From IMG/VR virus record IMGVR_UViG_3300027509_000004: a DNA stretch of 50,983 nt; one strand, written 5' to 3'. Origin of the DNA: a virus. The first letter of the stretch is position 1; each line of letters begins with the position of its first letter. The position numbers were made by a program, and so were the translations under genes. This document shows positions 38,354-46,132 of the stretch, piece by piece. The notes below the pieces were generated by a model. It searched no databases. It was not told the origin of the DNA and worked only from the letters and a program-made list of their open reading frames with translations.

Positions 38354-39163
38354 CTAGTGTCCAACAGCCGAAAGAAATGCCGGAACGACGTCAACTGAAC
38401 TTTCGTTTATAATTTCCCGGGCTTTAGTGTGCATAAAGTCTGGCAACACTTCTCCTGCCATCCACTGTTGTGTGGCTTTAACAGTTCGGTCAAAAACTTC
38501 TCCCATAAGGTCAGGAGAGAGGAGCCAAGCGTTAGACAATACACGGTACTCAACTCCGTACTCTTTAGGTCGGAAAGCACCAGCAGCCCCATAAAGAGAC
38601 CGACGCTCTACGTCTTGGTCATAAGTGAGGGAGTAGACACCTAAGGTGGCGTCTAAGTGTTTTACTAAAGAGCAGCAGTCTTTGAAGTGGTTCTCGTTGA
38701 ACGGGTCTGACACCATCTCAGATGTAAACCCTATGTGAATATGACCAGCAGCAGTACGCATAGTCCCTGTAGATACGTCAGGACGAGGGTTGACACCCAT
38801 AGAATATGCGTCATAATCTGGCTCGCAGCCTAGCTCAAGAGCCTCGTAGGGCTGTGCTGAGTAGACCTCTGGACTGAAATGGGCCACAGGGACGCCGGGG
38901 ACAGGGATAATGCCTGAGGGAAGCTGTGAGGTCATTGAAGCAAACACTGATTGGACCTTAGAGACAAAGTCTTCGCGAGTAGTCACAGGGTCAGTGTTAA
39001 ACTCACAGGCCATTCCGTCAATTTGGATTGCCCCGTCTTTAACGACGTGAGGATTTTCCTTGTTGCCGGGCAGTAGGCCGTGAGCACTTACAAACTCTTT
39101 AGTAGAAGAGTCAATTACAAAAACTTCAGGGTCACATCCGATTGTGATTAACTTGTTGGTCAT
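38354..39163 (-). CDS. COOH-NH2 ligase type 2 (phiEco32-like, GCS/GS superfamily)
   Basis: IGCDPEVFV / GHIHIGF / EYRVLSN repeats the E-x-E, H-x-H, E-x-R logic of GS/GCS-type ligases. The N-terminal GCDPE motif is as I recall for the phage COOH-NH2 ligase family. Confidence 0.55.
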   Translation of the reverse strand: MTNKLITIGCDPEVFVIDSSTKEFVSAHGLLPGNKENPHVVKDGAIQIDGMACEFNTDPVTTREDFVSKVQSVFASMTSQLPSGIIPVPGVPVAHFSPEVYSAQPYEALELGCEPDYDAYSMGVNPRPDVSTGTMRTAAGHIHIGFTSEMVSDPFNENHFKDCCSLVKHLDATLGVYSLTYDQDVERRSLYGAAGAFRPKEYGVEYRVLSNAWLLSPDLMGEVFDRTVKATQQWMAGEVLPDFMHTKAREIINESSVDVVPAFLSAVGH

Positions 39164-39206
39164 GATGATAGATTCCTTTCAAAGGGAAGAGGGGTGATTT
39201 AAAAGA

Positions 39207-40280
39207 CTAAGCAGTACGGTTAGACTCGTAAGCTTTTTGGAGTTCGACTTCTTTAGCGCAAGAGCCACAAAGAATAGACTTAGGGGCTACCGCAACAGTG
39301 CCTTTATCGTCAGAGTCCACGTTGGAAGTACACCAACAACAGAAAGCAGTGCCTTTAGAGAAGACTTCCAGTAACTCGCCTTCGCTCATCTCATATGGCT
39401 CAAGGACAAGCCCAACAGAAGAGGCGAGGGAAGACTTGGACGTGTCTACTTTTCTTTTGTTCTGGCTAAATCCGTGAACGTTACTGTAATTATTTCGATA
39501 GCTGTTAGTGACCCCACCACGGTAAGAGGCAGGGGGGAGAGGCTTTTTTGGTTTCACAGTCACCCGTTCTTCTTTACCGAACTCCTCGCCTACGGCAGGG
39601 ACGGCCCATCGAAATTCAACGTTTATGGGCAGAGAGTAGATGGTGTCCAACTTAACACGCCCCTTTCTAGCGCAAGCTAGACGTAGCATGTTGGCCTCAG
39701 AAGCCCAGAATAATTGTTTCTTATCTTCGGATAGAGCGAAACAGAGAGTGCGTTCATCGTTGCGTACCATACAGATTTCATTTGTAGTGAAGTCATAGTA
39801 CACAAGAGCCCAAGCCCCGGAGTAGCCAGAACGAAGCTTAGAAAGAGTATCCTTAATCCCGTTCTCGGAGATATTGTTAAGGATTTCTTCGCTGTCTGTG
39901 CCCCATGACCCGTCAAAGGTTAGGTCGGACAAGTCACTGACAGTGCCATTGTGTGCGCCGACAATGTTCTCTGTCATGAAAGGGTGAGTGTTCTCGAAAA
40001 TATGTTCACCCTTAGTCGCATGACGGTTATGCCCGATAAGAACAGAGTGTGATGTGCTTCGAAGCATCGTCTTGACAGCTTCAATACCTAAAAAGGTTGG
40101 AGCGTCTACAGGAGCTTTGATGATTTTGCAATCATCTGGCTCACGGCTCCCTTTTGCCCAAGGGACAGAGGCTATACCAGTGCCGTGGGCTCCTCTGACA
40201 GTATCAAAGAACAGTAAGTCTTTGAAAGCGTCTACTGATGCTGAATTTAAATCTCCAGCTACTCCTACGTGTCCACACAT
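39207..40280 (-). CDS. class II (Ntn) glutamine amidotransferase-like protein with C-terminal zinc ribbon
   Basis: Starts MCGHVG (catalytic Cys2), then RGAHGTG, GHNRHATKG and AHNGTV. The C-terminus carries CCWC...CGSC. SD GGAG lies 5 nt upstream. Confidence 0.7.
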   Translation of the reverse strand: MCGHVGVAGDLNSASVDAFKDLLFFDTVRGAHGTGIASVPWAKGSREPDDCKIIKAPVDAPTFLGIEAVKTMLRSTSHSVLIGHNRHATKGEHIFENTHPFMTENIVGAHNGTVSDLSDLTFDGSWGTDSEEILNNISENGIKDTLSKLRSGYSGAWALVYYDFTTNEICMVRNDERTLCFALSEDKKQLFWASEANMLRLACARKGRVKLDTIYSLPINVEFRWAVPAVGEEFGKEERVTVKPKKPLPPASYRGGVTNSYRNNYSNVHGFSQNKRKVDTSKSSLASSVGLVLEPYEMSEGELLEVFSKGTAFCCWCTSNVDSDDKGTVAVAPKSILCGSCAKEVELQKAYESNRTA

Positions 40281-40315
40281 ATAGTCTCCATTTTGTTGAT
40301 GTGGTTAATATTAGT

Positions 40316-41137
40316 TTATTTAGTCGCGGCGTACTTCTCAACGAGACTAAAACAGTATCGTTCAAAAGATGAGCCTAACATTCTCTCTGGGTGTGCTTGA
40401 ATGCACAGAGAACGGGTATTATTGCAGTATATGATTTCTGCGTCTTGCCGCATAAGGTCAAAGTCAGACATTTTTCTTTTGGCGAAAAACTCCAGCCTGT
40501 TACGAGCCATAGGAAGAGGCAACTCCTTTTCATGAGGGGAAGCCGAAAGAGTGTCCTTTCCCGTCGTCTTGTTGAAAGTTACCGCCAATATTTCCCTGTT
40601 AGAAACCTTATGGGAAGGCACCATCATTTGATGATGGGTGGAAGTGACTCTTTCGAACACTTGAGGTTCTTTTATCAAACGTACAGCGTGTGGTGATAGA
40701 TGCCGTTTATTGCCGATATTTTGTATCATAGTGCCACCACTAAGAACATTCAGCAGTTGGGCTCCGCGACAAATACCGAGCTTAAACGTGTCCTTTCCGA
40801 GAACAGCTAGGTTCTTCTCATAGAAGTCTCGTTCAGGGGAATAAGCCCTAGTGGCATAGTGCTTCGGTTGATTATAGAGCGAAGGGGATATGTCAGGCCC
40901 ACCAGCAAAGACTATTATATCTGCCTTTGAAGGATTATAGGTAACAGTGTGTCCTCTGATGACTAGCCAATTCTGTATTTCGACACCGGGGTGCCAACTA
41001 GGGTCTCCAATAGACCCCGCACAGAAGACGGCGAGGGGGTTCTTAGTCTTCTCAAAAGGAGACTTTTTAGTTTTTTGTTCAAGCAACTTCTTTCTCCTTT
41101 GCTCTTTCTTTCTTCTTTTTCTTTTGGACATTTGCAT
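40316..41137 (-). CDS. class I glutamine amidotransferase / peptidase C26 (gamma-glutamyl hydrolase-like)
   Basis: GGPDISPSLY, GICRGAQLLNV (nucleophile elbow) and TSTHHQ, as in PuuD-type enzymes. Basic K/R-rich N-terminal tail. Confidence 0.65.
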   Translation of the reverse strand: MQMSKRKRRKKEQRRKKLLEQKTKKSPFEKTKNPLAVFCAGSIGDPSWHPGVEIQNWLVIRGHTVTYNPSKADIIVFAGGPDISPSLYNQPKHYATRAYSPERDFYEKNLAVLGKDTFKLGICRGAQLLNVLSGGTMIQNIGNKRHLSPHAVRLIKEPQVFERVTSTHHQMMVPSHKVSNREILAVTFNKTTGKDTLSASPHEKELPLPMARNRLEFFAKRKMSDFDLMRQDAEIIYCNNTRSLCIQAHPERMLGSSFERYCFSLVEKYAATK

Positions 41138-41144
41138 TTTTCTC

Positions 41145-41172
41145 TTGACAAATCTGAAATATGTGGTATAAT
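41145..41172 (+). promoter_or_regulatory. consensus sigma70-type promoter P2 (TTGACA-16 nt-TGgTATAAT), antisense to the surrounding operon
   Basis: TTGACA 41145-41150 and TATAAT 41167-41172, with an extended -10 TG at 41164-41165. It sits on the plus strand between two minus-strand genes. Confidence 0.5.
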
Positions 41173-41216
41173 ACCTTTAAGGGGCAGAGTTAAGGAACCT
41201 AATAATAGGCACTAAC

Positions 41217-41666
41217 TTATCTCTTTGTCCAATCCCCGCTTTCAATAAGCGACTCCACTCGAAAATCCCTGTTATAGTAGTAGATTTCAACAGGTTCCTG
41301 TAAAGTGTGAGGGGTAGTCTCCGCTCTTAAGTAGAGGGAAGCGTCTTGTCTCTCAAAGTAATACCCTTCGAGACCATCAAGACTTTGCCCTAAAGTTGGC
41401 TCAACAATCTCGTAGATTTCAACTACTACAGGTTCAACAGTAGTCGTGTCAACCTCAGGATGTTCAGCTACTAGGCCGGGGTAGCCTCCGTGTAACCCAA
41501 AGAGGATACCATCAACGGTATCTTTTCCAATGAATTTGGCACGAGAGCCTAGCCTTAGGGCTTCGTAGTTGCCACATCCTTCACGGAGAGTACCGTATAC
41601 AGCGAACTTATCGCCAACAGTTAGGGTGTTAGAGGAGGGTGTGATAGATTGGTTATAGGCTGTCAT
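41217..41666 (-). CDS. gamma-glutamyl cyclotransferase-like (GGCT / AIG2 family)
   Basis: FAVYGTLREG ... GYPGLV ... VVVEIYEI ... LDGLEGY matches the YGTL / E signature of GGCT and GGACT proteins. Confidence 0.65.
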   Translation of the reverse strand: MTAYNQSITPSSNTLTVGDKFAVYGTLREGCGNYEALRLGSRAKFIGKDTVDGILFGLHGGYPGLVAEHPEVDTTTVEPVVVEIYEIVEPTLGQSLDGLEGYYFERQDASLYLRAETTPHTLQEPVEIYYYNRDFRVESLIESGDWTKR

Positions 41667-41669
41667 AGG

Positions 41670-42071
41670 TTATCGGTCCTTGTTCATAAAATCTTGTTCC
41701 CAGTATTGGGGGCCTACTATAACTGGGTGGCCATTGAGGGTTAGGTCTTCCGCTATTCTCCATTTGAGTTCATCGAGAGATAGTTGTACGATGTCCCAAT
41801 CGTCTGTGAAGGCGAAATAGGTTGGCTCTACTTTTGCAGACTCAATCTTTCGGGGCTCCATTGCAGAAGTCTCTAAGCAAAAGAGAAAGAGCTCAATCTC
41901 ATCAGAGGCTAAGACATACTTAGGGTCTCCTTCGTAGAGAGAGGCCTCAAGAGGAGGAATTTCCGTAGGCTCATCGGGGTCGATTAAAACGAAATCATCC
42001 ACTTCAGGCCGAGAGATAAACTCACGGTCTCTAGGGTCGGCCTTAGGGAAAGTGCTGGTGACTTTTGCCAT
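41670..42071 (-). CDS. hypothetical acidic protein (133 aa)
   Basis: ORF only. D/E-rich. Confidence 0.4.
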   Translation of the reverse strand: MAKVTSTFPKADPRDREFISRPEVDDFVLIDPDEPTEIPPLEASLYEGDPKYVLASDEIELFLFCLETSAMEPRKIESAKVEPTYFAFTDDWDIVQLSLDELKWRIAEDLTLNGHPVIVGPQYWEQDFMNKDR

Positions 42072-42076
42072 ATAGG

Positions 42077-43660
42077 CTATCCTTTCTTGTAGTTAGGGTT
42101 AACACGGCCCATAGGCAGCAACCAGTGACGGTACGCCCCACTGTAGTCAGAAGACCTGTAGTTTCCGTTTAGGTACGGCATACCGTCTTCTGTTAAAGGG
42201 ACAAAGCCGAGAGCTAGCGCTTCCGCAAGGTTTGTTCTTATCTGGAATCTTCCCTCTCCTCTTGTACGAAGTATCATAACCTGTGTGGCAGACCTCGTAT
42301 CGTAGCAAGCGGAAGCAGAGAGAGCAGGAGCTCCATTATTCTTGAAGCCGTATAGTCCTCCTACTCGAGGCATATTTTCTGGACTGAAACTGTAGCTAAC
42401 CTTAGACCTTGTAGCTAAGAGAGTCTCATCAGTGACAGCGTCTCTTGTAGGAGGCATCTCGAAGGCAGGTTCCGATTGACGCTCAAGCTGTTTTTCACTG
42501 ACAGTTGTCTTGAAGTATAGGGCAGACGTCTTTTTGTCAGTTAGGGCTAAGTGCCAGCCTTCTTTTTGGAATATGTCGCCATACTTTTTGTGTATCTCAA
42601 GAGGCATGGAGAAGAGAACTCCCGTAGTACACTGTCCTCCGCTTTTGTTTGTGTAACAATCTCTATCTAATTCCTTTTTTAAGGCCTTCACAATATCTTC
42701 GGCCACTTTCTCCTCTAAGAGGAAATTTGTGGTTCTGTGATTGAAGAAGAAAGAAGAGGCACCACAACAACTTAACAAGCCTTGATGAGTTGTGCCTATT
42801 TTGACATATCGAGTGGGGGTGCGATACCCTGCCAGCTCATCCATTATAGTGTTCATACGGCTGTTGTTTCCAGACTCCATTACGTGCTTTCGGAGACGAG
42901 ATGTTGATGATAGATTCTGCAAAGGGCTGAAGTCTCCTCGTAGGCTGTCCCGAAGAGTGAACGCCTTAGGGCGTTTTTTCTTGTCGCCGAACTTTTCCGG
43001 CCAAGAAGTCTTAAGGCCAAAACAAGCCTCTAGGTCGGACATTGCAAATCGAGAGATGAAGGTAGGTTTAGACAAGGGGTAGTCCTTTCTTAGTAGGTCA
43101 GTGTAAACGTCAGAATCGGGGGTAGATTTTCCTATATAACAGGACTCGCTAGGCTTCCTCGCGCTTAAATAGTAATAAGAACCTTTATGGAAGCAGTAAC
43201 GACCCCCAAGAAGATTCCCTGAGGTCACTTTAAAAATTATGTTTTCAGGAACTTCGTCGGCGGTGAGGTATTCGCCCTCTTTTCCGGGATAGAGCCCGGG
43301 GCGTCTAAAGGCCTTTAAAGGTTCTTCCCTTACTATGCTGGTGAGAGCTTGACGAGCCATTTCAGGAGAAATAGGCACTCTTACTTTGTCCATGTCTCTT
43401 TTCAAGATGCCTGTAAGAGTCTTATAGAAACGTGTCCCTCTCTGCCCTAAACCAAGAGCAGAAGAAGAGCGTATATAAAAACGAACACCCGGCTTATTAA
43501 TTTCATCCACATGAAGACGGTGAGGGTGACGGACAGAAGCAAAAATAGAGGACATAATAATAGACACCTTCAAGAAAGGGAGAGAAGAGGGAATAAGGTC
43601 GAACACCAACATAGCCCGAGGAAGACTGAAAAGCTTCAGTAGCCGCTTATCAAGACTCAC
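42077..43660 (-). CDS. large hypothetical protein (492-527 aa)
   Basis: Long ORF; either a GTG start at 43660 or ATG 43555 (MSSIFASVRH..). No motif recognised. Confidence 0.5.
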   Translation of the reverse strand: MSLDKRLLKLFSLPRAMLVFDLIPSSLPFLKVSIIMSSIFASVRHPHRLHVDEINKPGVRFYIRSSSALGLGQRGTRFYKTLTGILKRDMDKVRVPISPEMARQALTSIVREEPLKAFRRPGLYPGKEGEYLTADEVPENIIFKVTSGNLLGGRYCFHKGSYYYLSARKPSESCYIGKSTPDSDVYTDLLRKDYPLSKPTFISRFAMSDLEACFGLKTSWPEKFGDKKKRPKAFTLRDSLRGDFSPLQNLSSTSRLRKHVMESGNNSRMNTIMDELAGYRTPTRYVKIGTTHQGLLSCCGASSFFFNHRTTNFLLEEKVAEDIVKALKKELDRDCYTNKSGGQCTTGVLFSMPLEIHKKYGDIFQKEGWHLALTDKKTSALYFKTTVSEKQLERQSEPAFEMPPTRDAVTDETLLATRSKVSYSFSPENMPRVGGLYGFKNNGAPALSASACYDTRSATQVMILRTRGEGRFQIRTNLAEALALGFVPLTEDGMPYLNGNYRSSDYSGAYRHWLLPMGRVNPNYKKG

Positions 43661-43722
43661 GCTACACCTTTCAGCCCAAATATGGGGCTATGTCGGTGTT
43701 CGTAATAGAGAGGCGTACTACT

Positions 43723-43896
43723 TTAAGCAGTATTCAGAATCTCCATTATACGTGAAACGGCTTGCTCTCGTCCGTGAGGCCCAAGACCGCCTTTAGTGTG
43801 GTGCTTACGATAAGCGATAGGGTCGTGGTCAAGAGTTGTTGTTGTGCCGTCTTTGTTAGGGACTACGATACGAATGTTTGAGGATTGTTGAGTCAC
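43723..43896 (-). CDS. small hypothetical protein (57 aa, GTG start)
   Basis: AGGAG lies 8 nt upstream of GTG 43896. Translation VTQQSSNIRIVVPNKDGTTTTLDHDPIAYRKHHTKGGLGPHGREQAVSRIMEILNTA. Not in the ORF track. Confidence 0.4.
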   Translation of the reverse strand: MTQQSSNIRIVVPNKDGTTTTLDHDPIAYRKHHTKGGLGPHGREQAVSRIMEILNTA

Positions 43897-44065
43897 TTTT
43901 TATTCTCCTATAGATGATGATGATAGATTATTTGGTCCCAGCCCACCCATCGAAGGGCAGTTAAGCGATGCTTTCACAAGGGGGTATTGGCCATCTCCTC
44001 TTTCACTCGAAGAGAGTCGTGCGTTCCAATGCCTCAACCGTACCAGCGGAACTGGGATAAGAGGG

Positions 44066-44680
44066 TTAGTCGTTGAAGGGGGCTGTTGGGTATCCGTCTT
44101 CGGCCCATTCAATATAAGCGCGGGCAGCCGCCAACCTACTCCCATTCGCATTAGGATTAACCGACATTCTAAGGCCCAAAAGACTGCAGAAATATCCATT
44201 GACTACGTATTTCTCATAGGACTTCGGCACACGAGGCTCAGGTGGGATTATAATCGCTTGAAAGTTGTAACGAGGAGACTTTCGGGCTACCTTACGGGTG
44301 GACGAAATCCATTTTTGTCCTTTATACCAAATCTCGTCCCCGCCACAAGGAAGTCTTCGACATTTCTCTACCCGGGAGGGTGAGTAGAGTACTAGACACT
44401 CGACACCTACGGGCATATCCTTAAAAAGTGTGTAAGGGGCTGTCGCAGGGGTTGCGGAGCTAGTGATAGATTGTTCGGAGGCCCCCGCTCGGCGTACTAA
44501 CTTAATCCGGGAAGCAGGTTTATTGTAGAACAGGATGTTAGGGGGGTCTAGGGTTTTCAGGTCTAAAAAGACTTCCCCGTCTAGATTAGAAAGGACTTGT
44601 GTCACCTCGTACTCGTCGTACTCGTAGACAGCAGCCGATTTGAACGTGACAATGTCACCCTTAGCAAATACAGTTTTCAT
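44066..44680 (-). CDS. hypothetical protein (204 aa)
   Basis: ORF only. Confidence 0.45.
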   Translation of the reverse strand: MKTVFAKGDIVTFKSAAVYEYDEYEVTQVLSNLDGEVFLDLKTLDPPNILFYNKPASRIKLVRRAGASEQSITSSATPATAPYTLFKDMPVGVECLVLYSPSRVEKCRRLPCGGDEIWYKGQKWISSTRKVARKSPRYNFQAIIIPPEPRVPKSYEKYVVNGYFCSLLGLRMSVNPNANGSRLAAARAYIEWAEDGYPTAPFND

Positions 44681-44723
44681 AATTAATTCTCCAAGTTTTC
44701 TTAATGATTACAAGAGGTTAGGC

Positions 44724-45077
44724 CTATTCTTCTTCGTGAGATTCCAGAAGGGTCTCCAGATACTCTGCTACTTGTTGTGCCTGTTCGGTGTGTAACACGG
44801 ACTCACCTATTTCAGACGCCGCTATGAGATAGATAGTGGTCTTTGATGGCACAAATCCTAAGACAATGAGGCTCAACAGGAGAGAGGTTACAAGGCTTTT
44901 AACGGGGATGTGTTTTTTCACCGACCTGTATGTCGCTACTTCTGTAGATACCAGCATTCCAATAATGGCGATAGGAAGAGGACTAAGAATTAAAACTAAA
45001 ACAAAATAGGTATGCACCATCTCTACTAGATTCTCAGACACATCCGCTAGATATAGCAGCCATGATAGATTATTCAT
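44724..45077 (-). CDS. membrane protein (117 aa, ~3 TM)
   Basis: GGAG lies 7 nt upstream of ATG 45077. Hydrophobic helices and an acidic C-terminus. Confidence 0.5.
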   Translation of the reverse strand: MNNLSWLLYLADVSENLVEMVHTYFVLVLILSPLPIAIIGMLVSTEVATYRSVKKHIPVKSLVTSLLLSLIVLGFVPSKTTIYLIAASEIGESVLHTEQAQQVAEYLETLLESHEEE

Positions 45078-45088
45078 GAAATTCTCCG

Positions 45089-45202
45089 TTAAGGTAGGTA
45101 GTTGAGTGAAAAACAGAAGGCCTTTGAAGCCGATACGAGGAGGCCTTGACTTACCATAAGTTCTGATATGTAAGACCAGTAGAGGAACATGTGATAGTCC
45201 AT
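45089..45202 (-). CDS. tiny hydrophobic ORF (33-37 aa)
   Basis: AAGGAG precedes ATG 45202 / ATG 45190. Weak support. Confidence 0.25.
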   Translation of the reverse strand: MDYHMFLYWSYISELMVSQGLLVSASKAFCFSLNYLP

Positions 45203-45206
45203 CTCC

Positions 45207-45311
45207 TTAGAACCCCGGCATGATGAAGCCGACTCCGAGCATAAGCCCCATAGATGTCACCATGAAGGCCATAGACAGGAAGCCCTTAATGTCCGAATTA
45301 CGATTGTTCAT
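45207..45311 (-). CDS. tiny membrane peptide (34 aa)
   Basis: AAGGGAGG lies 6 nt upstream of ATG 45311. Translation MNNRNSDIKGFLSMAFMVTSMGLMLGVGFIMPGF. Confidence 0.35.
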   Translation of the reverse strand: MNNRNSDIKGFLSMAFMVTSMGLMLGVGFIMPGF

Positions 45312-45435
45312 CGAGGCCTCCCTTAGCGAAATACTCCCTTAAGCGACAGTAGCCTATGACAAGACGAAGGTACGTCATACCTAGGAACATAACTGCAACA
45401 AGAAGCAGAGATAGTGTGAATTTAAAGACTGCCAT
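45298..45435 (-). CDS. tiny membrane peptide (45 aa)
   Basis: GGGGAG lies 7 nt upstream of ATG 45435. Translation MAVFKFTLSLLLVAVMFLGMTYLRLVIGYCRLREYFAKGGLDEQS. Confidence 0.35.
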   Translation of the reverse strand: MAVFKFTLSLLLVAVMFLGMTYLRLVIGYCRLREYFAKGGLDEQS

Positions 45436-45437
45436 AG

Positions 45438-45635
45438 CTAAGCTCCCCGAGCTATCGCCTGTGTCTCAACAGAGAAGTTGGCCTTTGACGCCGACACGTC
45501 TTCTTCAAGCGAGTCCCGAACAGAGGTCAAGTGGCTATTGCCAACGAGAGCTGATTGAGAGGCGTCGAAGGAAGGGGTTTTCTTGACACTCTTACAAGCG
45601 AGTGGACGAAAGCCTAAGGGTGTATTGATAAGCAT
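45438..45635 (-). CDS. hypothetical protein (65 aa)
   Basis: AGGAG lies 9 nt upstream of ATG 45635. Confidence 0.4.
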   Translation of the reverse strand: MLINTPLGFRPLACKSVKKTPSFDASQSALVGNSHLTSVRDSLEEDVSASKANFSVETQAIARGA

Positions 45636-45674
45636 GGATAATTCTCCTAGAGGGTGTGTTGTGTGTGTGAAAGA

Positions 45675-45765
45675 GGACTATATGAGAGAGACGTATCACC
45701 TCTCTCGGCGTCCCTAGAGGGGAGAATAGAGAAGCGGAAAGTGATACGTCTCACTGATATAGTCC
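45675..45765. promoter_or_regulatory. long imperfect inverted repeat (25-nt arms, 41-nt loop) between two early genes
   Basis: GGACTATATGAGAGAGACGTATCAC (45675-45699) against GTGATACGTCTCACTGATATAGTCC (45741-45765): 23 of 25 positions are complementary and no U-tract follows. Confidence 0.5.
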
Positions 45766-45785
45766 GTGAAAAAGGGGGGCTGCCC

Positions 45786-46007
45786 TTATATTGTGGGTAG
45801 TCCGTGTTCAGCCACTAGAGCCGACCACCAGCCACGAGTTAGACTGTCACGCATAATAGCTGGGACAGAAGCCTCTTTAAGTGTCTGTCGGGCAATCTTA
45901 CCCAAACGGATAGCCGCTTCATTCTTATATCCAAGCAGCTTATAGGCGTCTTCAAATTGACGCTTTGCGATAGCAACCGAGTTACTTTGATTTATTTTTT
46001 TAGCCAT
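45786..46007 (-). CDS. hypothetical early protein (73 aa)
   Basis: Start set at ATG 46007 (GGGAGAAATAGCT ATG). The longer track ORF (to 46067) lacks an SD. Confidence 0.45.
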   Translation of the reverse strand: MAKKINQSNSVAIAKRQFEDAYKLLGYKNEAAIRLGKIARQTLKEASVPAIMRDSLTRGWWSALVAEHGLPTI

Positions 46008-46132
46008 AGCTATTTCTCCCGAGGCACGATGATGATAGATTAACGACAAACAGCCACATACAAGCACCGATGTAAGGTGTCTCGATGTAACTTATACGTG
46101 ACTGTTTAGGTTGGTTGGTATCCGGTTTTGCG

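Noticed and set aside
43900-44199. 99-aa minus-strand ORF overlapping the 3' end of 44066..44680.
   Set aside because: It overlaps a longer ORF in another frame and has no SD. The space is better explained by the 57-aa GTG-start gene at 43723..43896, which has AGGAG upstream.
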